NCBI GenBank assembly: GCA_018713105.1
Contig: DVFT01000197.1
Coordinates: 11,383 to 75,382, forward strand
Length of the DNA: 64,000 nt
Direction: 5' to 3'
Origin: Candidatus Limivivens merdigallinarum
Lineage (GTDB): Bacteria; Bacillota; Clostridia; Lachnospirales; Lachnospiraceae
This document shows, piece by piece, positions 9,689 to 19,061 of the stretch. The notes below the pieces were generated by a model, which had not been told where the DNA came from, did no database searches, and was given only the letters and a program-made list of their open reading frames with translations. How positions within the stretch are numbered: position 1 is the first letter of the stretch; every line of letters begins with the position of its first letter. A program made the position numbers and the translations under genes.

Positions 9689-9967
9689 TCAGCCTTTAAG
9701 TTCCAGGTTGTCCTGGCTGCGGGAAGGCAGCTCCTGGGGAATGGTGATATTGACGTTGGAGGCAGGGGGAAGCTTGATCTCCTCCGGCGGTTTCCTGGAA
9801 GGCTTTGGCGGCTGATACGGGTAGAGTTCTTCATAGGCATTCCATTGGTCTTTTGAAGTGACGCCTGCGGGAATGAGACCGGTACAGTCCATGCTGGAGC
9901 AGGCGCTTCCCAGATAATCGTAGGAATCGATGATGTCCTGGTTGGACGTTTGTGTTTGCTTTTTCAT
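9689..9967 (-). CDS. Small hypothetical protein (SxxDCTGLIP motif)
   Basis: RBS AAAGGAG; 92 aa; upstream sporulation-sigma-like motif TTATA-17-CATACTA. Confidence 0.7.
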   Translation of the reverse strand: MKKQTQTSNQDIIDSYDYLGSACSSMDCTGLIPAGVTSKDQWNAYEELYPYQPPKPSRKPPEEIKLPPASNVNITIPQELPSRSQDNLELKG

Positions 9968-10047
9968 AGAGGGCTCCTTTCGTGAAATGTGTTGTCTTTC
10001 TTAGTATGCCGAGGTTTTGGAAAAATATAAAGAAATGAGGATGCGAT

Positions 10048-10782
10048 ATGAATTACAGGCTTTTAATCCAGTATGATGGGACAAGGTATGACGGCTGGCA
10101 GCGCCAGGGAAATACGGAAAAGACGATTCAGGGAAAGATTGAGGAGGTCCTAAAAAGGATGACCGGGCAGGAGACGGAACTGTTCGGTGCAGGGCGTACC
10201 GATGCCGGGGTTCATGCCCTGGGGCAGGTGGCGAATTTTCACTGGCAGGAGGAACGAAGCCCCGAGGAAATCCTAAGATATTTGAATGAATATCTCCCGG
10301 AGGATATCGGAATCCGGAAGGTGGAGAAGGCAGGAGATAGGTTCCACAGCCGCCTCAATGCAAAGGGCAAGTGCTACCGCTACCGGATCCAGACGGGCAG
10401 CGTCAAAAATGTCTTTGAACGGAGACAGATCTATCCCTTCGGGGCAGCTTTGGACCTCAAAGCCATGGAGCGCGCAGGGGAGCTTTTGAAGGGAAAGAGG
10501 GATTTCAGAGGCTATTCTTCCCTGAAGAGGAGTAAAAAATCCACCGTCAGGGAGCTTCAAGAGATCCGGTTTCGGGAAAAAGACGGGGAAATCTGGATCG
10601 ATTATTATGGGGACGGTTTTCTGTACAATATGGTGCGGATCTTGACAGGGACGCTCATCGAAGTGGGAAGCCATCAGAGAACGGCAGAGAGCGTCAGGGA
10701 CGCCCTGATTTCGGGGGATCGCCAGGACGCCGGGTTTACGGCGCCGGCGAGAGGGTTGACTTTGGTGGAAGTGTATTTTTAA
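10048..10782 (+). CDS. truA: tRNA pseudouridine(38-40) synthase
   Basis: YDGT-Y-GWQ, AGRTDAGVHA, GFLYNMVRI, TAPARGL. Confidence 0.95.
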   Translation: MNYRLLIQYDGTRYDGWQRQGNTEKTIQGKIEEVLKRMTGQETELFGAGRTDAGVHALGQVANFHWQEERSPEEILRYLNEYLPEDIGIRKVEKAGDRFHSRLNAKGKCYRYRIQTGSVKNVFERRQIYPFGAALDLKAMERAGELLKGKRDFRGYSSLKRSKKSTVRELQEIRFREKDGEIWIDYYGDGFLYNMVRILTGTLIEVGSHQRTAESVRDALISGDRQDAGFTAPARGLTLVEVYF

Positions 10783-11414
10783 TAGCCAAGAGCTTCCCCG
10801 ACAAGAATGACCTTGATCCTTCCAGGCATGCGGTTGTAGCGGGTGATGACGGTGTGGGCGCAGATGCAGTCCTTTGACAGACAGTCTGCGCAGGAGCCGG
10901 TCTTTGCACAAGGAGTATCCATGGAGAGGCGCAGGGCGTTCATGGGAGCGGCAGTTTCGTGGGCGCGGCTGATGGCAGCAGCTTCGTCTTTACAGACTTT
11001 GTTCATGCCGCAGAGGATCAAGACCTGCTCCGGTCCGTAGATCAGGGCAGCAGCACGGTTGCCGTTTCCGTCAATGTTGACCAGCTTGCCATCCATGGTG
11101 ATGGCGTTGGTGCTCATCACGTAGGTATCAGCCAGGAAGGAACGGCGGTAACAGTCTTTGAGTTCCTCGGGATTTTTGGCAAGGGCGCGGTCGATGAGCT
11201 GAAAGTTGCCCGTCTTTAACGCATCCATCATGCCGCTTTCCGAGAGAGTCATGGAGCCGCCAAAGGAGACCAGGCTTCCTTCCTGGATGAAGGAGAGCGC
11301 CTTTGCCACGGCTTCCTCCCTGGTGGGGCAGTAGTATCCTTCCATGTTTCGTTTCTTCAGGTTCCGGATGATCGATTCGGCTTGATTTTCGTAAAATTTC
11401 ATTTTTGGCGTCAT
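10779..11414 (-). CDS. LUD-domain (LutC/YkgG-like) protein
   Basis: GGSMTL, STNAITMDGKLVNIDGNGNR, GMNK, C-terminal Cys cluster (PCAKTGSCADC-ICA). Confidence 0.85.
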   Translation of the reverse strand: MTPKMKFYENQAESIIRNLKKRNMEGYYCPTREEAVAKALSFIQEGSLVSFGGSMTLSESGMMDALKTGNFQLIDRALAKNPEELKDCYRRSFLADTYVMSTNAITMDGKLVNIDGNGNRAAALIYGPEQVLILCGMNKVCKDEAAAISRAHETAAPMNALRLSMDTPCAKTGSCADCLSKDCICAHTVITRYNRMPGRIKVILVGEALGY

Positions 11415-11473
11415 AGATTTTGCTCCTTTCAGAGGATTTTATGGTTGTCTTAGCTATCTTATCACATTTTTGG

Positions 11474-11502
11474 TTGAAAATCATTGGTTAAGCGGATATA
11501 AT
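11474..11502 (+). promoter_or_regulatory. SigA promoter of argS
   Basis: TTGAAA-17-TATAAT. Confidence 0.75.
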
Positions 11503-11532
11503 AGTTAGAAGTTTACGAATATTAAGGAAGGA

Positions 11533-13308
11533 ATGTTTCTAATGCAAAAGATTCTTGATTTGATCACAGAACAGGTGACCGACGCTTTTGTCAAAGCGGG
11601 CTATGAGGAGAAATTCGCAAAGGTCACGCTGTCCAACCGTCCCGATCTGTGCGAGTACCAGTGCAACGGCGCTATGGCTGCGGCAAAGGCATACCGGAAG
11701 GCTCCCATCATGATCGCAGGGGATGTAGTTGCCCTGCTTTCCCAAAATCCCATGTTTGAGGAGGCTTCTGCAGTCAATCCGGGCTTTATCAACCTGAAGC
11801 TGTCCCCGGAATTTTTGGCAGATTACTTACGGAGGATGCAGGAGGATGAAAATCTGTCTGTGGAGAAGGCAGCGAATCCGAAAAGGATCATCATCGACTA
11901 TGGCGGACCGAACGTGGCAAAGCCTCTTCACGTGGGACACCTGCGTTCTGCCATCATCGGGGAGAGCATCAAGCGGATGGGACGTTTCCTGGGTCATGAG
12001 ATGATCGGCGACGTGCACCTGGGAGACTGGGGGCTTCAGATGGGACTGATCATCGTGGAGCTGAAGCGGAGGAAACCAAAGCTGGTGTATTTCGATGAGA
12101 CCTATACGGGTGAATATCCAGAGGAAGCGCCCTTTACCATCGGAGAGCTGGAGGAGATTTATCCGGCGGCAAGCGCATATTCCAAGGATCATCCCGAGTA
12201 CAAGGAGGAGGCAATGCAGGCGACCTACCTCTTGCAGCACGGTCACAGGGGCTATCAGGCGATCTTAAAGCATATCATGAACGTCTCCGTTGCCGACCTG
12301 AAGAAGAATTACGAGAACCTGAACGTGACCTTTGACCTGTGGAAAGGGGAATCTGATGCTCAGCCCTATATCCCGGCAATGGTAGACTACATGAAGAAAA
12401 ACGGCTACGCCTATGAGGATCAGGGGGCGCTGGTGGTGGACGTCAAGGAAGAGACGGATACCAAGGAGGTGCCGCCCTGCATGATCCTGAAGTCTGACGG
12501 AGCCTCTCTTTACACCACCACCGATCTTGCCACCATCGTACAGAGGATGGAGGACTACAAGCCCGATGAGATCCTCTATGTGGTGGACAAGCGCCAGGAG
12601 ATGCACTTTATCCAGGTATTCCGCTGTGCGCGGAAGACGAAACTGGTAGGAGATGACACGAAGCTTACGTTCCTGGGCTTTGGCACGATGAACGGCAAGG
12701 ACGGAAAGCCGTTTAAGACCCGGGAAGGCGGCGTGATGCGCCTGGAAAGCCTTCTTACCAGCATCAATGAGGAAATGTACCGGAAGATCATGGACAATCA
12801 CGAGATCGACCCGGATGAGGCGAGGGAGACGGCGAAGCTGGTAGGGCTGTCCGCCATCAAGTATGGGGATCTCTCCAACCAGGCATCCAAGGATTATATT
12901 TTTGATATTGACCGCTTTACCTCCTTTGAGGGAAATACCGGTCCCTATATCCTCTATACCATCGTGCGGATCAAATCGATCCTTCACAAGTATCAGGAGG
13001 CAGGGAAGAGCCTTGAGGGCGTGAAGATCCAGGCAGCTGACAAGATGAGTGAAAAGGATCTGATGCTGGAGCTTAGCCGCTTCAACAGCGTTATGGAGAA
13101 TGCCTTTGAGGAGATTGCCCCCCACAAGATCTGCTCCTACATTTACGATCTGGCAAACGTATTTAACCGGTTCTACCATGAGACAAAGATTCTGACGGAG
13201 GAGGATTCGACAAAACAGGCATCCTATATCGCACTGCTGCTTTTGACCAGGGACGTGCTGGAATGCTGCATTGACGTGCTGGGCTTTTCTGCTCCGGAGC
13301 GGATGTAA
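11533..13308 (+). CDS. argS: Arginyl-tRNA synthetase
   Basis: PNVAKPLHVGHLRS, GDWGLQMG, FKTREG, EGNTGPYILY, C-terminal PERM. Confidence 0.97.
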   Translation: MFLMQKILDLITEQVTDAFVKAGYEEKFAKVTLSNRPDLCEYQCNGAMAAAKAYRKAPIMIAGDVVALLSQNPMFEEASAVNPGFINLKLSPEFLADYLRRMQEDENLSVEKAANPKRIIIDYGGPNVAKPLHVGHLRSAIIGESIKRMGRFLGHEMIGDVHLGDWGLQMGLIIVELKRRKPKLVYFDETYTGEYPEEAPFTIGELEEIYPAASAYSKDHPEYKEEAMQATYLLQHGHRGYQAILKHIMNVSVADLKKNYENLNVTFDLWKGESDAQPYIPAMVDYMKKNGYAYEDQGALVVDVKEETDTKEVPPCMILKSDGASLYTTTDLATIVQRMEDYKPDEILYVVDKRQEMHFIQVFRCARKTKLVGDDTKLTFLGFGTMNGKDGKPFKTREGGVMRLESLLTSINEEMYRKIMDNHEIDPDEARETAKLVGLSAIKYGDLSNQASKDYIFDIDRFTSFEGNTGPYILYTIVRIKSILHKYQEAGKSLEGVKIQAADKMSEKDLMLELSRFNSVMENAFEEIAPHKICSYIYDLANVFNRFYHETKILTEEDSTKQASYIALLLLTRDVLECCIDVLGFSAPERM

Positions 13309-13374
13309 TCCTTACGCTGTCGAAATCAGACGAACGAAAAATAGAATAACAGGGGAATTCCCCGCATATAGATG

Positions 13375-13404
13375 AAGAAATGGCTCCTTGAGTCATTTCT
13401 TTTT
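13375..13404 (+). terminator. argS terminator
   Basis: AAGAAATGGCTC/GAGTCATTTCTT hairpin plus T run. Confidence 0.7.
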
Positions 13405-13483
13405 CAATGGAATCAGATCCGCGGATAACAGCCATTTGGGTGGCACACTGCGGGAAGAAACGATACGGAAGCGGGGGATAGGA

Positions 13484-14092
13484 ATGGAACGAAGGAAGAG
13501 AAGGGCACGGAGGCTGCGCCGCAGGAGGGCAGAACGCAGGGCGTTTCTGGGGATGTTTTTCCTTTGCCTCCTTGCAGCAGGGGTTTTTGCCTTTTATATC
13601 GTGGGAAAAGGGGAAGGCTCTTCCGGAGATTTTGGAAAAGCTGCCCTGATCCTTACAGAACCAAAGGCGGATGAGATCAGCAAAAACCTGAAAGACACCA
13701 CCATCTATCTGAAGCCGGGGCAGACGGTGGTGAAGGATCCCACTCTGACGCTGAAAAAAGGGTCAAAGACGTCCTACATCAGGGCAAGGCTCCTGTATGG
13801 AGGGCTGGACGCCCTGAAAAGGGAGGAGTTGGAGGAAGGTCTGGAGCTTTTGGAAGGCTGGGTGAAAAATCCGGAGGATGGATACTATTATTACCAGTAT
13901 CCCTTAAAGGCAGGGGAAAGCGTCTGCTTTTTCAGGAGCCTTACCATTCCGGAAAGCTGGGAGAAGGTTCCGGAGCACGTCTGCTTCTGTTTTGAGGTGG
14001 ATGCGGAGGCGGCAGAGGCTGAGAAGGTGGAGCTGGTCAGAGATCAGAAGCAAAAAATCGTCGAATGGCACAAAAAAAGAGAAACTACATAG
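13484..14092 (+). CDS. Membrane-anchored or exported BsaA/TasA (SipW-substrate)-like protein
   Basis: Arg-rich N-terminus plus hydrophobic segment; LKPGQTVVKDP, SYIRAR, W-x5-DGYYYY, LKAGES pattern resembling clostridial BsaA/CPF_0494-type proteins. Confidence 0.6.
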   Translation: MERRKRRARRLRRRRAERRAFLGMFFLCLLAAGVFAFYIVGKGEGSSGDFGKAALILTEPKADEISKNLKDTTIYLKPGQTVVKDPTLTLKKGSKTSYIRARLLYGGLDALKREELEEGLELLEGWVKNPEDGYYYYQYPLKAGESVCFFRSLTIPESWEKVPEHVCFCFEVDAEAAEAEKVELVRDQKQKIVEWHKKRETT

Positions 14093-14202
14093 AAATTGGA
14101 AAGAAAATAAGGGCAGATATTCATTGGGTATGTCAATGGACAAGGAGGGCAGACTGAGCGTATAGTTAAGGCATAGAGGAAGGACAAGCCGGAGGTGAGA
14201 CG

Positions 14203-15684
14203 TTGAAGAAAGGGGAATGCTATGGTGGCTTGTACCGTGCCCTCAGACCGCTGGGACAGGGCGGGCAGGGCAGCGTCTTTTTGGCGGTTCATGAGAGAAG
14301 TTCCAGGCTGATGGCATTGAAGGAGATCCCTTTGCGGGGGCAGACCTGGGACAGCCTGGAGAAGAGCCATTTCTGCCATCTGGATCATGACGGGCTGCCT
14401 AAGATCTACGATCTTTTCCTGGAGAATGGGAACGGTTATGTAGTGATGGAGTATGTTCCAGGATGGAATCTGCGGGAGTACCGGGAGAGAAAGGGATCCA
14501 TGCCGGGATCCATGCTTCTTGACTTGTCCGGGGAGCTTGCCGAGATTCTGGTTTATCTCCATGGACGGACGCCGCCGCTGATCCACGGGGATATCAAGCC
14601 TGGGAATCTGATCGTCCGGAAGGATGGAAAGCTGGTTCTGGTGGACTTCGGGGCTGCCTTCCAGAAGGATGGCAGGAGACAGAAGGCATATGCCACGCAG
14701 GGATTTTCCGCTCCGGAGCTGTTTTTGCGGGATGGCAGAGTGGATATAAGCAGCGACTTGTACAGCTTTGGGAAGACCTTTCAGTACCTGGGTGGGGGAA
14801 AAGGAGGCGGATTGGGGCTGCGCCGTGTTTTTGCCAAATGTACCGCGGCAAATCCCAGAAGGCGTTACCGCTCTGCACGAAGGCTGCTTAGAGCCATCCG
14901 GTTTTACGAGAAGAGAATGTATCTGTACAGCCTGCTTTTATGCCTGTGCGCTTCCCTGTTCTTTGGAACAGGCACGCTCCGTCAGAGGATCGCGGTGGTC
15001 CAGGAGTCGGAGAAGGATTATCAGGAAGCAATCTTAAGCAACAACATTTCAAAAATCAAATCTGCAGTTCAAAAGGCTCCCGGTCGGGAGGAAGGTTACC
15101 AGCAATTATTAAAATGTTATCTGGCGGACGAAGCGTTTTCCGCAGAGGAAGCGATCGCACTGGAGGCTCAGCTGGCAGAGGGGGAAGCGTTTCTGTCTGA
15201 ACAGAAAGAGGAATACAGTGGGCTCTGCTACGACATAGGTGTGGCTTACTGGTATTATTATACCGGCAGCGGAGGCAAAACTTACAGCCTTGTGTGGTTT
15301 CAGAAGGCGGCAAGGGGAACACTGGATCGTGGACGGCAGGAGCGGTCTGCTCTGTATCTCCGCCTGGGCTCTTTTTATGAGCAGAAAAGCAGGAAGGAGA
15401 GGACTGGAGAGGGTACCGTTTCCTATTGGGAATTTTGGGAAACCCTGGAGGCGATGACGGATGCCATGGAGGGGAGCGGAAAGCTGGAAGAGCAGTGGGC
15501 AGAAGAACTGGTGGGGAGGATTTATGAAAACGGGGAGGCGTTCCGGGAAGCAGGCGTGGAAAGAGAACAGATGCGTGATCTCCTGAAGAGAGGAGGCTTA
15601 AAGCTTTCCGGGGAAAAAGAGAAGACATGGGAACAGGCAGCCCAGTGGCTGGATCAGATGTACGAAAGGAAGGATTATAGATGA
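14203..15684 (+). CDS. Transmembrane Hanks-type Ser/Thr kinase (non-RD) with helical C-terminal domain
   Basis: GQGGQG, ALKE, HGDIKPGN, DFG, SAPE, DLYSFG; one TM segment; RBS GGAGGTG, TTG start. Confidence 0.88.
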   Translation: MKKGECYGGLYRALRPLGQGGQGSVFLAVHERSSRLMALKEIPLRGQTWDSLEKSHFCHLDHDGLPKIYDLFLENGNGYVVMEYVPGWNLREYRERKGSMPGSMLLDLSGELAEILVYLHGRTPPLIHGDIKPGNLIVRKDGKLVLVDFGAAFQKDGRRQKAYATQGFSAPELFLRDGRVDISSDLYSFGKTFQYLGGGKGGGLGLRRVFAKCTAANPRRRYRSARRLLRAIRFYEKRMYLYSLLLCLCASLFFGTGTLRQRIAVVQESEKDYQEAILSNNISKIKSAVQKAPGREEGYQQLLKCYLADEAFSAEEAIALEAQLAEGEAFLSEQKEEYSGLCYDIGVAYWYYYTGSGGKTYSLVWFQKAARGTLDRGRQERSALYLRLGSFYEQKSRKERTGEGTVSYWEFWETLEAMTDAMEGSGKLEEQWAEELVGRIYENGEAFREAGVEREQMRDLLKRGGLKLSGEKEKTWEQAAQWLDQMYERKDYR

Positions 15685-18600
15685 AAAAACGGATGAAATG
15701 GGCGCTGCTCTGGCTGATCCTCTGGACACTGTGCGTGGGGAAGAGCGCCGAACAGGCGGAAAACGTGCAGGGAACAGGGACAGTCAAAAGCCAGGAGAGC
15801 AGGAACGGTTTCGAGGGGAATGAAAACGGTGCAGCGGAAGAAGAAAGCGGGCTGAAGCTGAGGAGCGGAGGAAGAGGTGAGGCAGGGCAGAATGCAGGGA
15901 GCGGAATGGAAGGGGAGGAGAATCAAGATCTGGGGGATTGGACGGAAGACAGAGCCAGACAAGGATTTGGGAGCGGAACGGAAGGCGGAAGCGGTCAAGA
16001 GACAGGAAGCGGAGGAGAGTCAGAAAGCAAAGCAGGAGGCGAGAACGGAAGAAAAGCGGAAAGCGGTATAGAAGGCGGGAACAAAGGTAAAACGGGAAGC
16101 GAACCAGAAGGCGAAAGCGAAGGAGAAGCGGGGAGCGGAACAGAAAGCGAGAGCGGAACAGAAAGCGAGAACGGAGGAGAGCCGGGGAGCGGAACAGAAA
16201 GCGAGAACGGAGGAGAGCCGGAGAGCGGAACAGAAAGCGAGAGTGGACAAGAGCCGGAGAGCGAACCAGAAAGCGAGAGTGGAACAGAAGGCGAAAGCGA
16301 AACAGAGCCGGAGAGCGGAACAGAAGGCGAAAGCGAAACAGAGTCGGAGAGCGGAACAGAAAGCGAAAGCGAAACAGAGCCGGAGAGTGAATCAGAAAGC
16401 GAGAGCGGACAAGAAACGGAGAGTGGACCGGAAAGTGAAAGCGAAACCTCTCTCCCGCCGGAAGAAAATTTGGTGGTCGTGAATGCGGTGAGGCTGGCAT
16501 ACCGGGATGGAAGCAGAATGTATGACGGTACGGATACGGCATTGCTTGCGGCAGATTATCAGATCCTGGGGCAGGGAGAGGTGTCCCTGTCCGTAACCGG
16601 AAGGGCTGAGAAGTCCGGCGCAGGAACCTGGAGGGTAAAGGCTTACTACGAACTGTCAGGACCAGATGCGGCGCGGTTTCGGCTAATCGTGCCGGATACG
16701 GAACTGAAGCTTTCCATTTCTCCGAAGGTCTTGGATGTGAAGATCGGGGACGCTAAAAAGGAGTATTTTTCGGAGGTGGGTATGCAGAACCTGTCCTACC
16801 CGGCAGGGCAGAAACCGCTCATCGTCTCAGGCTTTATGAAAAACGGGAAAGAGACCAGGCAGGCGCCCAAAGGATTTGAGATGCCGGAACTTTCCATAGA
16901 CCCATCGATCCTGAAGAGGGACAGTCCCATGTACCGGAATGGGAAGCTGATCGTCTATGAGGATGCCATCATCCTGAAGCTGGATCGGAATGGAGGACCT
17001 TCTGGAACTACCACGGAGAATTATTGCTATGATCTGTCGGAACAGTCGGAGCATTATGAGAAGGGAAGCCTTACGTTGACGCCCAAGGCGGCGGAAGATT
17101 ATTCCATAGAGATTCGCTCAGGGAAAGGGTTCTGGGCGGAAGACGCTTATTGGCTGTCAAAGGGCAGCATGCTTGCTGCCATACCGGAATCGGGCAGCGG
17201 GTTCAACCAAGGAAGTATCTCCGGCGCACTGGCGGGAAAGGGAGCGTTCTCTTTTGTGCTGGAGAAGCGAGGCGCTTCAGGTGAACTGCTTGCCCGTTCT
17301 CTGCCGGGCTCTGTCTCCTACCGGGTTGATGAGACTCCTCCGGATTTCAAAATTACCTGCAAAGGCAAGGGGACGTTTCCGAGAATGAAGAACGGAAGCC
17401 TGATCCTGGAGGTTGGGAAAGTTTCCGATATTGGGAGCGGCTTACAGGAAAGCATGATTCTGATCAAGAAAGACCAAAAGGAGTATCTGAAGAAAGAGGA
17501 GCTTTGGGGAGGAACGATTACCCTGGAGGAAGAGGGAGACTACCAGATCTATGCCAGTGCCAGAGATCAGGTGGGAAATCTGAGGGAATACCAATCTCCT
17601 GTGTTTACCATCGACAAGACGGCGCCGGAGATCGAGGTTTCAGGCATGGAGTCCGGGGAAACCTTGAGAGACCCGAAGCCCTTGACAATCCGGTATCAGG
17701 ATTTGAATCTGGATCAGGAACAATCGAAAATTACGTTGTTTCGGGGAAAGGAAAAGATCGCTTCCCCTGACTGGCAGAAGCAGACCAAAGGTACGGTTAC
17801 GACGATCGGCATACCCGCCTGGCAGGGGCTTTCGGACGGCACCTATGAGCTTCGGATGACAGCGGCAGATTTGGCTGGAAATGAGAGCGAAGAACGTTTG
17901 TTTTTCAAAATTAACCGGTCGGGCTCCTCCTATCATTTATCGGAGGATGGCATAAGCCTGCTGAAAAACTACTATCTCCAGGAGGCAGCAGAACTTCGGA
18001 TCCAGGAGACCAACCTTTCCAGAGTGGACCAACAGGCAGTTGCGTTGGTGCATAACGGTATTCTGACAATTTTGGAACAGGGGCGGGACTATGTGGTTTC
18101 AGAACGAAAGACGGATCAGGGGCATCGGTATACCTACCAGATCAGAAAAACCTGTTTTGCCGAAGAGGGAGATTATACACTTTCAGTCCATTCCAGGGAT
18201 CAGGCAGGAAACCAGACGAACAGCAGGGAGAAAGGGCTGGAAATTCAGTTTTTCGTGGATCGGACAAAGCCGGAATGTTTTGTGACAGGGGTGGAGGACG
18301 GAGAAAGCTACCTGCCCGGCAAAAGAAAACTCACGGTATTTTCCAGAGATAATGGGGAACTTGAGGCGGTGAGACTGTGGGAGAAGGAGACTCTGCTGGG
18401 AGAGACGACGGAGGAACGATGGGAAGTGCAATGGGATCTGACAGTGGGGGAGAGGACGCTGGAAGCGGAGCTGACGGACCGGGCTGGAAACCGAAGCCGG
18501 ATCACGCTGTGTTCCGTCTCCGTGGGAGAAGATGCATCGGAAGGGAGTATGGAAGGTTCCGGGGAAAACGGACAGGGAACGGAGGAAACTCATGATCGGG

Positions 18601-18962
18601 ATCCTGACAAGGCAGATAATCGAGAAAAGAGCTTAAAAGAAAAGACCACGTCGTTTTGGAAGCGCGTGTTAAGCCGGCTTGGCTTTCCGATCAGAGAACG
18701 GGACGGCAAAACGACAGGAGAAAGAGAAAAAGCAGAAAACAACAGCAGCGGGCAGAAGTTGGAACGGTCAGGAAAGGAACCGATTCTTTCCCAAAAGCAG
18801 ACAGATAAGGGGAGAACTGATCCCCAGGACAAGGAGGAAATACAGAAATCTCAGGAAAGGCGGAGAAACCATCAGGCAGCAGCAGCGTTTGTGATTGGGA
18901 TGGCTGCATTTGCAGGATGTGCCATCCTGCTTAGAAGGGCAAAGCGACCTCGGAAAAAGTAG
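15681..18962 (+). CDS. Large surface protein: signal peptide, Glu/Ser/Gly repeat stalk, YDG motif, bacterial Ig-like repeats, C-terminal TM
   Basis: YDG at SRMYDGTD; repeated DxAGN...DxTxP Ig boundaries; hydrophobic C-terminus with basic tail; overlaps kinase stop by 4 nt. Confidence 0.8.
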   Translation: MKKRMKWALLWLILWTLCVGKSAEQAENVQGTGTVKSQESRNGFEGNENGAAEEESGLKLRSGGRGEAGQNAGSGMEGEENQDLGDWTEDRARQGFGSGTEGGSGQETGSGGESESKAGGENGRKAESGIEGGNKGKTGSEPEGESEGEAGSGTESESGTESENGGEPGSGTESENGGEPESGTESESGQEPESEPESESGTEGESETEPESGTEGESETESESGTESESETEPESESESESGQETESGPESESETSLPPEENLVVVNAVRLAYRDGSRMYDGTDTALLAADYQILGQGEVSLSVTGRAEKSGAGTWRVKAYYELSGPDAARFRLIVPDTELKLSISPKVLDVKIGDAKKEYFSEVGMQNLSYPAGQKPLIVSGFMKNGKETRQAPKGFEMPELSIDPSILKRDSPMYRNGKLIVYEDAIILKLDRNGGPSGTTTENYCYDLSEQSEHYEKGSLTLTPKAAEDYSIEIRSGKGFWAEDAYWLSKGSMLAAIPESGSGFNQGSISGALAGKGAFSFVLEKRGASGELLARSLPGSVSYRVDETPPDFKITCKGKGTFPRMKNGSLILEVGKVSDIGSGLQESMILIKKDQKEYLKKEELWGGTITLEEEGDYQIYASARDQVGNLREYQSPVFTIDKTAPEIEVSGMESGETLRDPKPLTIRYQDLNLDQEQSKITLFRGKEKIASPDWQKQTKGTVTTIGIPAWQGLSDGTYELRMTAADLAGNESEERLFFKINRSGSSYHLSEDGISLLKNYYLQEAAELRIQETNLSRVDQQAVALVHNGILTILEQGRDYVVSERKTDQGHRYTYQIRKTCFAEEGDYTLSVHSRDQAGNQTNSREKGLEIQFFVDRTKPECFVTGVEDGESYLPGKRKLTVFSRDNGELEAVRLWEKETLLGETTEERWEVQWDLTVGERTLEAELTDRAGNRSRITLCSVSVGEDASEGSMEGSGENGQGTEETHDRDPDKADNREKSLKEKTTSFWKRVLSRLGFPIRERDGKTTGEREKAENNSSGQKLERSGKEPILSQKQTDKGRTDPQDKEEIQKSQERRRNHQAAAAFVIGMAAFAGCAILLRRAKRPRKK
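15960..16450 (+). repeat. Purine-rich coding tandem repeats (18/36-nt units) encoding SGTESE/EPESE
   Basis: Repeated GAGCGGAACAGAAAGCGA units. Confidence 0.85.
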
Positions 18963-18990
18963 GAAAAGAAAGGGCAATTTCGGGAAAGGG

Positions 18991-19019
18991 TTGCATAATG
19001 AAGCGTTCCCTCTTATAAT
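18991..19019 (+). promoter_or_regulatory. SigA promoter of the CPBP gene
   Basis: TTGCAT-17-TATAAT. Confidence 0.7.
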
Positions 19020-19061
19020 CAGACATAAAAGAGAGAGCAAAAAGAAAGGTGGACAAAAAAC

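Noticed and set aside
9555-9815. 86-aa ORF
   Set aside because: It is a translation of tRNA-Thr and its terminator.
15960-16450. CRISPR-like periodicity (also 4801-4950 and 53872-53961)
   Set aside because: In-frame coding repeats with no unique spacers and no cas genes.
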